A DNA stretch of 64,000 bases from Bacteroidota bacterium (GTDB taxonomy: Bacteria; Bacteroidota; Ignavibacteria; UBA10030). Below are positions 27,025 to 35,872 of the stretch, piece by piece. The first letter of the stretch is position 1. Every line of letters begins with the position of its first letter. The translations under genes and the position numbers were made by a program. Under the pieces are notes generated by a model. The model had not been told where the DNA came from, made no database searches, and was given only the letters and a program-made list of their open reading frames with translations. The DNA lies in contig JALONQ010000001.1 of NCBI GenBank assembly GCA_025454835.1, forward strand, positions 392,990 through 456,989, read 5' to 3'.

Positions 27025-30000
27025 TTACAGTTCCAGCTTCATACCGATCCGGATCTCGCGCGGCGAACCAAAGAGGTCATTACCACCCTGTTGACCCAGG
27101 CCACCGCCGCCGCCGACGCTCATGTAAGCATGACGGTTGGCCAGATTGACAGCCTTATACCAGGCTTCGTAGTTCGGGATCGCCTTGTACGACACGGCGA
27201 ACGGGGACTTCAGCCAGCCATCGTCGTTCGGAGTGCCCGTGGTCGGGTAGACATTGAGCACGCTCTTCGCGTTGAAGAGGTTCAGCACCCGGGCATAGAT
27301 CTCCAGATTGACGAAGTCGAGGTAGAACATCTTACTGATGTTCATGTCGACGTTGAACACCCACGGCGTCGCCGATGTGTTGACCGGCTCGACCGGAACG
27401 CGGGTACGGGAATCGATGAGGGCGCGCACGCCGACGTTCCAGGCGGTCGCTTGTCCGAGGTTCTGCGGCTCCTGGATCTTGGTGTAGTTGTGGCCGCTGT
27501 TGAAGGTGGTCAGCAGATTCACGCCCAATCCTTCGAGCATACCACCCTCGCCCTTGCCCCAACGATAGTCGAGCAGGATCGAGCCCTTGTGGGTCTGGTT
27601 CTGGTCGAGCGGATACACGAAGCGCGGGAAGAGCGACGAAGCCTCGTCCGTCACTGAATTCTGAGACGAGCGGTTCGAAGAGGCCGTGCCTCGGGCATCC
27701 GACAGCGTATAGTTCACCTTCGCCGCCAGTCGGTTCGTCCGGCGCAGTTCGAGCGTCATCTCAACGCCCTTCTGCGTGCCGAAGTCCTCGTTCTGGTAGG
27801 CCGTCGACATCGGCACGCCAGACGAGTTGAACAACCGGGCGATCTGGATCTGGTCGCGCGTGTCCTTGTAGAAACCCGTGACCGTGAGGGCGAAGTTGTC
27901 CGTCAAAGTCTGACGGAGACCGATCTCATACTGCGTCAGGCGCTCCGGCCGGATAAGGAACCCGATCGTCGCACCGCCAATGTTGTAGCCCACGCGGCTC
28001 AGAGGATCGAGCAGGCTCGACATCGTGATGTTGTCCTGATACATCAGGTTCAGGGACGGCAGCTGGGCGTACTTGCCATACAGGGCGTAGAAGACCGTAC
28101 GGTCCGTCACAGGGAACGAGAAGCTGATGCGGGGCAGCAGCAGCTGGAAGGCATCCGTCTTCGTCAGCTTGTCCTCCTGGAACGTCTCATACGTGTAGTC
28201 CCAGATCGCATCGAGGTTCTGGTAGTCGAACTGGTTCGTCGCCGGGTTCAACTGCTTCGGCACCGACACCGCCTTCGGGTCGATGAGCTCGTAGCGGACG
28301 CCGACGTTCAGGATGAGGTCCTGATACTCGAACTTGTTCTGCACGTATGCCGAAGCGAGGAACGGTTCGCCGGGGGCGTTGACGCCGTCGTCGACCTCGA
28401 CGCCGTAGTTGTCATAGCCGACTGTCGCGATGACACCGGCATTGTTCACGAACGTGCGCTCTTCGAGCGGATTGGCGAACGTGCGGTCAATGATGCCATC
28501 TTCGTTCGAGTCCATGAACTTCAGGTAGCCGGCGATGTTGCCGAAGTTGTACGACCTGATCGTCCACGTCTCGATCTGGCCGCCCGCCTTCAATTCCCAG
28601 TTCGTGTTGATCTGCGACGTGAAGGCCACGTTCGCGATGATCGCACTCTGCTGGTTCTTGGCGTAGGCGTTGTTGGGGGCATCCTCGTGCGCGAAGAGGA
28701 ATTGCTGGATGGCCGAATACGCGAACGGCGTCGAATAGCGTGACCGCCAGCCCCCGTACCCCAGCTTCGCGTTCTCGAGGCTGTCGGGATACTTGAGCCA
28801 ATCGGCGAACGTCGTCCCCTTGAACTCGGGGTCGAACGTCTCCGCGAAGCGGTCCTGGTACGACACGCCGACCTCGTAGAACGTGCTCGGGCTGAGGACG
28901 TGCGTCAAGCGGGCACCGGCGAGCAGGCGAGTGGTCTCGCTCGTGCTGTAGCGGCGCGTGACACGCGTCGAGCCGTCGGGCATCGTCACCTGACGCGACT
29001 GCGACCGGAAGTAGTTGGCCAATCCGCCCGGCCAGCCGCCACCGTTCGGGTTGCTGCTCAGTTCGTACGAACCCGTCAGCTTCACCTTGAACGGGTTGAA
29101 GTCGAGAAGCAGCGTTCCTTGGAGCTGGTTGCTTTCGAACGAGTTGTCGTACAGGTAGTTCTTCTTGTATTCAATGTCGCCGCCGAACGGCAACAGCGTA
29201 CCCTCCACCGACGGACCACGCGAACCGAGCGCGTCCTGCGTCAGACCCGCAAACTTGAACGGCTCGATGAAGGTCGACTGACGGTTGCGGAAATAGTTGT
29301 GCTGACCCGCGACGAAGAAACGGATGTCGTTCGACACGATCGGTCCGCCGGCCGTAACGACCACGTTCCGATACCCGCGAGAGCTCGTGCCGAGGAACTC
29401 CTCGCCCGGCTTCGCGAAGTCGTCGGTCTGGGCGTCCAGGGTGAACTGGTACTTCGTGCCGCCCGTCCTCGTCGTGGTGCGCACGAGGCCCGACATCGCG
29501 CCGCCGTACTCGGCCGTGAAGCCGCCGGCTTGCACCTGGACCTCTTCGATCGCTTCCTGAATGACGTTGACGTTACTGCTGTTGAAGAACGGGTTCGTCA
29601 CGTTCGTGCCGTCGATCGTGTAACCGACCTCACCGGCGCGTCCACCTCGCACGTACAAGTTCCCGTTGCGCTCCACAACACCCGCCTCGAGCGCGACAAT
29701 GTTCTGCAGACCGCGGACGGGAAGCGACGCCAGGTTCTCCTGCGTGTTCACGCGAACCGTGTTCGTCGTGTTACGCTGGATCAGCGGACGCTCAGCCGTG
29801 ATCACGACCTCACTCGCCTGAACGGCGGTGCTGGACATCTGAATGTCCTGCGTCGTCGTGAGATTTGACAGAACACGCACGTTCGAGATCGTCACCGGGG
29901 CGTACCCGATGTATGAAGCCTTGAGCGTGTACGTGCCGGGAGGAACGGAGAGAATGACATACTCGCCGTTGACATCGGACGCCGCGCCGAGACTGGTGCC

Positions 30001-30141
30001 GTCGACCACGACGTTTGCACCGATCAGCGGCTCGCCCGATTCTTTGTCCGTCACCAAGCCGCGCAGTTTGCCATCCTGCGCCAGCAAGACGAGCGGCACC
30101 AGCAACAACACGAACAGGGCCAACGCAATCTTGCGAAGCAT
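27025..30141 (-). CDS. TonB-dependent receptor with N-terminal carboxypeptidase-regulatory-like domain
   Basis: GKLRGLVTDKESGEPLIGANV, YVRGGR, GGFTAEYG, PRISFSFPV, PERLTQYEIG, NLFN, PREIRIG; AGGAGG SD. Confidence 0.9.
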   Translation of the reverse strand: MLRKIALALFVLLLVPLVLLAQDGKLRGLVTDKESGEPLIGANVVVDGTSLGAASDVNGEYVILSVPPGTYTLKASYIGYAPVTISNVRVLSNLTTTQDIQMSSTAVQASEVVITAERPLIQRNTTNTVRVNTQENLASLPVRGLQNIVALEAGVVERNGNLYVRGGRAGEVGYTIDGTNVTNPFFNSSNVNVIQEAIEEVQVQAGGFTAEYGGAMSGLVRTTTRTGGTKYQFTLDAQTDDFAKPGEEFLGTSSRGYRNVVVTAGGPIVSNDIRFFVAGQHNYFRNRQSTFIEPFKFAGLTQDALGSRGPSVEGTLLPFGGDIEYKKNYLYDNSFESNQLQGTLLLDFNPFKVKLTGSYELSSNPNGGGWPGGLANYFRSQSRQVTMPDGSTRVTRRYSTSETTRLLAGARLTHVLSPSTFYEVGVSYQDRFAETFDPEFKGTTFADWLKYPDSLENAKLGYGGWRSRYSTPFAYSAIQQFLFAHEDAPNNAYAKNQQSAIIANVAFTSQINTNWELKAGGQIETWTIRSYNFGNIAGYLKFMDSNEDGIIDRTFANPLEERTFVNNAGVIATVGYDNYGVEVDDGVNAPGEPFLASAYVQNKFEYQDLILNVGVRYELIDPKAVSVPKQLNPATNQFDYQNLDAIWDYTYETFQEDKLTKTDAFQLLLPRISFSFPVTDRTVFYALYGKYAQLPSLNLMYQDNITMSSLLDPLSRVGYNIGGATIGFLIRPERLTQYEIGLRQTLTDNFALTVTGFYKDTRDQIQIARLFNSSGVPMSTAYQNEDFGTQKGVEMTLELRRTNRLAAKVNYTLSDARGTASSNRSSQNSVTDEASSLFPRFVYPLDQNQTHKGSILLDYRWGKGEGGMLEGLGVNLLTTFNSGHNYTKIQEPQNLGQATAWNVGVRALIDSRTRVPVEPVNTSATPWVFNVDMNISKMFYLDFVNLEIYARVLNLFNAKSVLNVYPTTGTPNDDGWLKSPFAVSYKAIPNYEAWYKAVNLANRHAYMSVGGGGGLGQQGGNDLFGSPREIRIGMKLEL

Positions 30142-30361
30142 ACAGAACCTCCTTCTAGTGGAGATTAGATTGAGATGGAGATGGGGTGACTTCGTACAGC
30201 CGTCCCGATCGCATCACGATCAGGACAGTGGTGGTGTGGAAAGCTGTCCCAAGTATTCGTTCCTCGCGTTGCAACTCTGATCCTTCGCGAGGGTCGGCAA
30301 GTGGGCCTCCTTTCAGTCCTGTAATGGAACAATTGTGATATGCGACACGTCCAATGGCCAA

Positions 30362-30390
30362 AATATAGAACGACTGCCTCGGTTTGTCAA
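30362..30390 (-). promoter_or_regulatory. Sigma70-type promoter for the TBDR-CTD-PorV operon
   Basis: TTGACA (30390-30385), 17-bp spacer, TATATT (30367-30362) in an AT-rich patch. Confidence 0.75.
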
Positions 30391-30395
30391 GGGGG

Positions 30396-30415
30396 TTGTG
30401 AAGAAAACTTCACAA
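30396..30415. promoter_or_regulatory. Perfect palindrome, putative transcription-factor site
   Basis: TTGTGAAG-AAAA-CTTCACAA, 5 bp upstream of the -35 hexamer. Confidence 0.6.
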
Positions 30416-30467
30416 ATCCTTCACTCATGGTCTCCTGGCCGTCCCCCCCGATTCCCCCAGCCCCCCA

Positions 30468-30508
30468 GAAAAGAGAAGACGCGGGAGCACCAGATTCGGG
30501 CTCCCGCG
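30468..30508 (-). terminator. Intrinsic terminator after serA
   Basis: Stem CGCGGGAGC/GCTCCCGCG followed on the minus strand by TCTTCTCTTTTC. Confidence 0.6.
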
Positions 30509-30530
30509 CTCGGTGGTTCGACGCTTGTCT

Positions 30531-32105
30531 CTATAGAGATATCGCCCTGACTTCAAAGACCCCCTCGATACGCCCAACGCGGCCCAAGATCTCGGCCGGT
30601 ATGGGTGTGTCGACGCTGATCACCGTCAAGGCCGTTTGCCCCGGCTTGTCGCGTCCCAAGGCCAGCCCACCGATGTTGATCCCGGCCGCCGCCAGTTCCG
30701 CCCCGACCTTGGCCAGCATTCCTGGCCGGTCGACATTTCGATACAGCAACAAATGCCCTTCGGGATTGACCTCGAGCTTGAAACCGTCGAACTCGACCAG
30801 CCGCACCAAGCCTGTGCCGAAGACCGTGCCGGCAAATGTGCGGCGTTCCTTGTCCGTTTCGACGGTCAACGAGATCTGATTGGTATACGCCGAGCCCCCA
30901 CCTTCATTGCCGAGCTCGAGCACGACCCCCATCTCCTTTGCGAGCAGAGGTGCATTTACCAGGTTGACCTGCTCAGTGCGGTGCGACAGCACGCCCGTCA
31001 GAACCGAAGCCGAAATGGCCTCAGCCGCTTCGCCTGGGACGGAACCCGAAAGCCCGAGGATCAGACGCTTCAATTGACCGGTCATCAGCTGCGCTTGCAG
31101 GCGTCCAAGCCGCTCGCCTAGCGCAAGGTAGGGACGCAGGTCGCTGCGGAACGCGTACCGAACCGCCTCGCCGTTGACGGCGCCCGCGATGCCCCGCTGC
31201 TTGAGCACGTCGGCGAGCTGCTGGCCGATCTGCTTCGCCACCTTTTCCTGCGCTTCCTCGGTCGACGCTCCGAGGTGCGGCGTCGCCACGACATGCGGAT
31301 GCTTGAAGAGGGGCGAATCGCCAGGCGGCTCCTTGACGAAAACGTCAGCCGCATAACCGGCGACATGGCCATGCTCCAAGTACTTCAAGACGGCCGTCTC
31401 ATCGACGATGCCACCGCGCGCGCAGTTGACGATGCGCACACCCGGCTTGCATTTCGGGAGCGTCGTCTCACCGAGCAGATTCCTCGTTTCGTCGTTCAAC
31501 GGCGTGTGGACCGTGATGATGTCCGACCGCTGATAAATGACGTCGAGCGACACGAGCTCGATATTCTCGCGCGCCGCCACTTCAGCGGCCAAGATGGGGT
31601 CGTAGCCGATGACGTGCATGCCGAACGCCCGGCATCGAACGGCGACCTCGCGGCCCACTTTGCCGAGGCCGACGACGCCGACGGTCTTGCCGAACAACTC
31701 CGTGCCCGTGTACTTCTTGCGGTCCCACTTCCCGGCTTTGAGCGAATCGTTGGCCTGGGGAATGTTGCGGGCCATCGACAGGAGCAGCGACATCGTGTGC
31801 TCGGCGGTCGAGACCGTGTTGCCGCCGGGCGTATTCATGACGATGACGCCGCGGCGCGTGGCCGCCTCGACGTTGATATTGTCCACGCCCGCCCCGGCTC
31901 GGCCGATCGCCTTGAGCCGTGTTCCGGCGGCGATGATGTCGGCGGTGACCTGTGTTCCGCTGCGCACGACGAGCCCATCATAGTCGCCGATGATCGCTTT
32001 CAGGTCGTCGGGCTTGATGCCCGGCTTGTTGTCGACGGTGAAGCCTTCGGCGGTCAGGATGTCCGTGCACACCTGCTCGACCGGGTCGCTGATCAGGATC
32101 TTCAT
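30531..32105 (-). CDS. serA: D-3-phosphoglycerate dehydrogenase (long form with ACT domain)
   Basis: GRAGAGVDNI, NTVSTAEH, GVVGLGKVG, VNCARGG, TPHLGASTEEAQ, NVDRPGML. Confidence 0.95.
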   Translation of the reverse strand: MKILISDPVEQVCTDILTAEGFTVDNKPGIKPDDLKAIIGDYDGLVVRSGTQVTADIIAAGTRLKAIGRAGAGVDNINVEAATRRGVIVMNTPGGNTVSTAEHTMSLLLSMARNIPQANDSLKAGKWDRKKYTGTELFGKTVGVVGLGKVGREVAVRCRAFGMHVIGYDPILAAEVAARENIELVSLDVIYQRSDIITVHTPLNDETRNLLGETTLPKCKPGVRIVNCARGGIVDETAVLKYLEHGHVAGYAADVFVKEPPGDSPLFKHPHVVATPHLGASTEEAQEKVAKQIGQQLADVLKQRGIAGAVNGEAVRYAFRSDLRPYLALGERLGRLQAQLMTGQLKRLILGLSGSVPGEAAEAISASVLTGVLSHRTEQVNLVNAPLLAKEMGVVLELGNEGGGSAYTNQISLTVETDKERRTFAGTVFGTGLVRLVEFDGFKLEVNPEGHLLLYRNVDRPGMLAKVGAELAAAGINIGGLALGRDKPGQTALTVISVDTPIPAEILGRVGRIEGVFEVRAISL

Positions 32106-32132
32106 GGATTCTTCCTTTCAGTCAATAAGTCG

Positions 32133-32202
32133 AACCGCCATGGCGCCAAGTCCGGGGGATGCGGATATCAACATCTCGTTCTGACTTGGCGTCTTGGCGG
32201 TT
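32133..32202. repeat. REP-like intergenic inverted repeat
   Basis: AACCGCCATGGCGCCAAGTC ... GACTTGGCGTCTTGGCGGTT, 18/20 complementary. Confidence 0.6.
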
Positions 32203-32237
32203 GTGGATCGCCTCCGGCACGCCGGAGAACAGGAGTC

Positions 32238-33371
32238 TCACATCAGCTGCTGCATCACCGTCCCCACGCCCTTCCCCAGCTCGACCTTGTAGCCGCACTC
32301 GGCCAGCGACCACTCGATCGCCGCCATGACCGTGACCATATCGAGGGCGTCGTAGTAGCCCAGGTGCGACACGCGGAAGATCTTCCCCGTGTAGTCGTCT
32401 TGGCCCCCCGCGATCGTAATGCCGTGCTTCCCCTTGATGATCTTGTTGAACGCCTTCCACTCGACCCCCTCGGGTACCCAGACGGGCGTGACGGCGTACG
32501 ACGGCGTCTCGGAGAACAACTTGAGGCCGATCGCTTGAACGCCCATCCGCAGGGCCGTCGCCAGCTTCCGGTGACGCTCCCAGATCTTTTCGATGCCTTC
32601 CTGGCGGAGCATCTGGAGGGCTGCATCGACGCCGATGACGAGACTGACCGCAGGCGTCCACGGCGTATCGTTCTTCTCCCACGCCTTGACCGCCTTGCGG
32701 AGGTCGAAGTAGAACCTCGGAAGCTTGGCGGTCTCCATGGCCGCGATCGCGCGCTGACTGAGCGCCACGAACGCCAGGCCGGGCGGGATCATGAGACCTT
32801 TCTGCGAACCGGTCACGCACACGTCGATGCCCCAGTCGTCGAACCGCATCTCGTGCGCTCCGACGGCCGTGATGCCGTCGACGCAGACAAGGGCACCCGA
32901 TTCCTTGCGGATGACCTCGGAGAGGGTCTTCACGTCCGTCGCGGCTCCGGTCGATGTCTCGGAATGGACGAGGTAGACCGCCTTGGTCTCAGGGTGCTTC
33001 TTCAGGAGTTCGCGGATCTGGTCGGCGGTCGGCGCCTTGCCCCATTCGACCTTGAGCTCGACAACGTTCAGGCCGAACGCCTTGGGCATCTTGACCCAAC
33101 GTTCGCCGAACTTGCCGCCGTTCGCGGCGATGATCGTATCGCCCGGAGAGAAGAGGCTGGTGAAGGTCGCCTCAACGCCGCCGGTGCCGGAACTCGTCAG
33201 GACGACCACGGGTCCCTTGGTCTGGAAGAGATACTGGAGGTTCTCGTGGACCCGCGTGAGGATCTCTCCGAACTCCGGATTGCGGTGGTGGATGATGGGC
33301 TCCGCCATGCGGAGCATGACGCTCTCGGGGATCGGCGTCGGGCCCGGGGTGAAGAGTCGTTTCTTGATCAT
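32238..33371 (-). CDS. PLP-dependent class V aminotransferase (alanine-glyoxylate/serine-pyruvate family)
   Basis: LFTPGPTP, SSGTGGVEA, GKFGERW, HSETSTG, VDGIT, TGSQKGLMIPPGL, FRVSHLG. Confidence 0.92.
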   Translation of the reverse strand: MIKKRLFTPGPTPIPESVMLRMAEPIIHHRNPEFGEILTRVHENLQYLFQTKGPVVVLTSSGTGGVEATFTSLFSPGDTIIAANGGKFGERWVKMPKAFGLNVVELKVEWGKAPTADQIRELLKKHPETKAVYLVHSETSTGAATDVKTLSEVIRKESGALVCVDGITAVGAHEMRFDDWGIDVCVTGSQKGLMIPPGLAFVALSQRAIAAMETAKLPRFYFDLRKAVKAWEKNDTPWTPAVSLVIGVDAALQMLRQEGIEKIWERHRKLATALRMGVQAIGLKLFSETPSYAVTPVWVPEGVEWKAFNKIIKGKHGITIAGGQDDYTGKIFRVSHLGYYDALDMVTVMAAIEWSLAECGYKVELGKGVGTVMQQLM

Positions 33372-33541
33372 GTCGTGCTCAGGCTGAGAGGTGGCGAGAG
33401 AGTTAGGTACCACGCTCGAAATATATGGAGCGGTCAGGCCAGAAGCCACGTCGGGCGCTCGCCGGCATGCGAGGGGGGGGCATGAACGACGAAGGGCATC
33501 GATCGTCTCGATGCCCCTCGGAACCACGATATGAAGCGGGT

Positions 33542-34171
33542 TCAGACCGCCTTTTTCTTCGCTTGCGGACGCTCGGAGAGGTGCTCTTCGATGATCTTCA
33601 GCACGTCGACCCGGCCCTCGGCCTTGAGGATGGAGAAGGGCACGACGCCGTGGCAGCAGCCTTCGGTCAACTGGCCGTGGAAGCGCTCCCGGTACGCCTC
33701 GACCGTCTTCCCCAGCTTGCTGAAGGGCAGCTTGTCCGACTTGGTCAGGACGAGGAGGTAGGGAACCTCATAGTACTCGAGCCAGTCCATCATCATCAGG
33801 TCCAACGGGGTCGGCTCCTGCCGGGCGTCGATGAGCTGCATCGCGAGGGCGATGGGCTCGCCGCGCTGGAGGAACTCCTCGATGAGCTTCTTCCATCCGG
33901 CGCGCATCTGCTCCGGGACCTTGGCGTAGCCGTAGCCCGGCAGGTCGACGAAGTAGAATCCGTTGTTGACGATGTAGTAGTTGATCTCGCGCGTCTTGCC
34001 CGGCGTCGAGCTGGACCGGGCCAGGTTCTTCTTGTTGCACAGCTTGTTGAGGAGCGACGACTTGCCGACGTTGGACCGTCCGATGAAGACGATCTCCCGC
34101 AGCTCGTTCTTCGGCAGCTGTCGCAGGTCAGCCACTCCCTGCAAAAACTCTGCGGATGTGATCTTCAGCAT
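33542..34171 (-). CDS. engB: Ribosome biogenesis GTPase YihA/YsxC
   Basis: GRSNVGKSSLLN, SSTPGKT, VDLPGYGYAKV, TKSDK. Confidence 0.95.
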   Translation of the reverse strand: MLKITSAEFLQGVADLRQLPKNELREIVFIGRSNVGKSSLLNKLCNKKNLARSSSTPGKTREINYYIVNNGFYFVDLPGYGYAKVPEQMRAGWKKLIEEFLQRGEPIALAMQLIDARQEPTPLDLMMMDWLEYYEVPYLLVLTKSDKLPFSKLGKTVEAYRERFHGQLTEGCCHGVVPFSILKAEGRVDVLKIIEEHLSERPQAKKKAV

Positions 34172-34252
34172 GGGTATTCCTCGTCGTGTCGACACATTCT
34201 CCGTCGGCCCTTGCGCTCTCGGGGGCCGATCACGGTCCGTCCGGGCACAGCC

Positions 34253-34792
34253 TTAGGCGCTGGCGGACGGCGTTTCGGCGGGGGCCTCCGCCGATTCCTT
34301 CCCCTGCTTCTTCGGTGCTGTCTTCCTCGCGCCGGCCGACTTCTTCTTCGTGCCCTTCGCGTCTTTTTTCGCGGCCGGCTTCGCTGCAGGCTTCTCCGCA
34401 CCGAGCTGGAAGTCGACGAGTTCGATCACGGCCATCTCGGCTCCGTCGCCCGGGCGGCGTCCGAGCTTCACGACGCGCGTGTAGCCGCCGGGCCGTGATG
34501 CGACCTTTGGAGCGATGTCCTTGTACAGCGCCGTGACGGCATCGCGGTCCCGGAGAAAGGCGAACGTGACGCGGCGCGCATGGACGTTCTTCGGACCGTC
34601 CGCCGTCTCGCCAGACACGGCGTTCTTGGCCCTCGTGATCACGGGCTCGACGACGAGGCGAAGTTCTTTCGCCTTGGCAAGCGTGGTCTTGATACGCTTG
34701 TGCGTAATGAGCGCGACGCTGAGCGCCGAGAGGGTGGCCCGCCGATGGCTCGCGGTGCGCTTGAGTTTACGTCCGGACTTTTGGTGACGCAT
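34253..34792 (-). CDS. rplQ: 50S ribosomal protein L17 with Lys/Ala-rich tail
   Basis: MRHQKSGRKLKRTASHR, RPGGYTRVVK. Confidence 0.97.
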   Translation of the reverse strand: MRHQKSGRKLKRTASHRRATLSALSVALITHKRIKTTLAKAKELRLVVEPVITRAKNAVSGETADGPKNVHARRVTFAFLRDRDAVTALYKDIAPKVASRPGGYTRVVKLGRRPGDGAEMAVIELVDFQLGAEKPAAKPAAKKDAKGTKKKSAGARKTAPKKQGKESAEAPAETPSASA

Positions 34793-34816
34793 ACGGATCT
34801 TTGTTGAGGATACGAG

Positions 34817-35806
34817 TTAGTCGTTGCCGTCGTTGAGGTACTTGTCGACGTCCATACCGAACGTCAGGCCGTACTGCTCGACGATCTCGGAAAGCTCGGC
34901 GAGGGACTTGCGGCCGAAGTTGCGGAATTTCAACAGCTCCGACTCGGTCCGGCGGACAAGATCGGACATGGTCTTGATGTTCGCCGACCGCAGACAGTTG
35001 TGCGACCGGACGGAGAGTTCGAGCTCGTCGACGGACATTCGTAGAAGCTTGCGGATGTGACCGGCCTCGGCCTCTTCGGCTGAATCCGCCTTTTCCGCCG
35101 CCGGCTCCTGGCCGATGTTAATGAAGAGCTGGATATGGTCGCGCAGGATCTTGCCCGCGTGCGTCAGCGCTTCCTGAGGATGGATCGAACCGTCGGTCTC
35201 GATCTCGATCGTCAACTTCTCAAAGTCGGTCTGGCCGCCGACGCGAGTGGGCTCGACGGTGAAGCGCACGTTCCGGATGGGCGTGAAGATCGAGTCGATC
35301 GCAATGGTGCCGAGCGGCTCCTCCGGCGACTTGTTTTCCTCCGCCGGCACGTAGCCCTTGCCGCGGCCGAGTTTGATCTCGAGCTCGAACGCCGCGTCCT
35401 TGCCGAGGTGGGCAAGAACGAGGTCAGGGTTGAGGATCTCAACCTCCGGAGACGCCTTCTGGATGTGCCCGGCGGTGAGCGGGCCGGCCCCCTTTACGGG
35501 CACCGTGATCTTGCCGACCTTCTTGTTCGTGGCGCGAAGTCGGACCTGCTTCAGGTTCAGGATGAAGTCTGCGACGTCCTCGACCATGCCTTTGATGGTC
35601 GAAAACTCATGCTGGATCCCGTCGATCCGGATGGCGGTGATGGCCGACCCGGGGAGCGACGACAGGAGGACGCGGCGCAGGGAATTGCCGATGGTGACGC
35701 CGAATCCTTTGTCGAGCGGCTGCAGGACGAAACGGCCGAACGACGCGGATGCCGACGCGGCATCCAATTCCACTTTTTCTGGCATCTGGACAAGTGTTGT
35801 GCTCAT
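34817..35806 (-). CDS. rpoA: RNA polymerase alpha subunit
   Basis: GNSLRRVLLSS, GYVPAEEN, ELSVRSHNCL, NFGRKSL. Confidence 0.98.
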   Translation of the reverse strand: MSTTLVQMPEKVELDAASASASFGRFVLQPLDKGFGVTIGNSLRRVLLSSLPGSAITAIRIDGIQHEFSTIKGMVEDVADFILNLKQVRLRATNKKVGKITVPVKGAGPLTAGHIQKASPEVEILNPDLVLAHLGKDAAFELEIKLGRGKGYVPAEENKSPEEPLGTIAIDSIFTPIRNVRFTVEPTRVGGQTDFEKLTIEIETDGSIHPQEALTHAGKILRDHIQLFINIGQEPAAEKADSAEEAEAGHIRKLLRMSVDELELSVRSHNCLRSANIKTMSDLVRRTESELLKFRNFGRKSLAELSEIVEQYGLTFGMDVDKYLNDGND

Positions 35807-35872
35807 AGGAGGTCTGCGGTCCTCTGGGTGCCTGGACCCGGCTGCGCGGTCGCCGCGCGGCCGGCACTGACG

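Noticed and set aside
30155..30361. 68-aa ORF upstream of the TBDR
   Set aside because: It starts immediately at the predicted -10 element with no SD, so it is unlikely to be transcribed from its start
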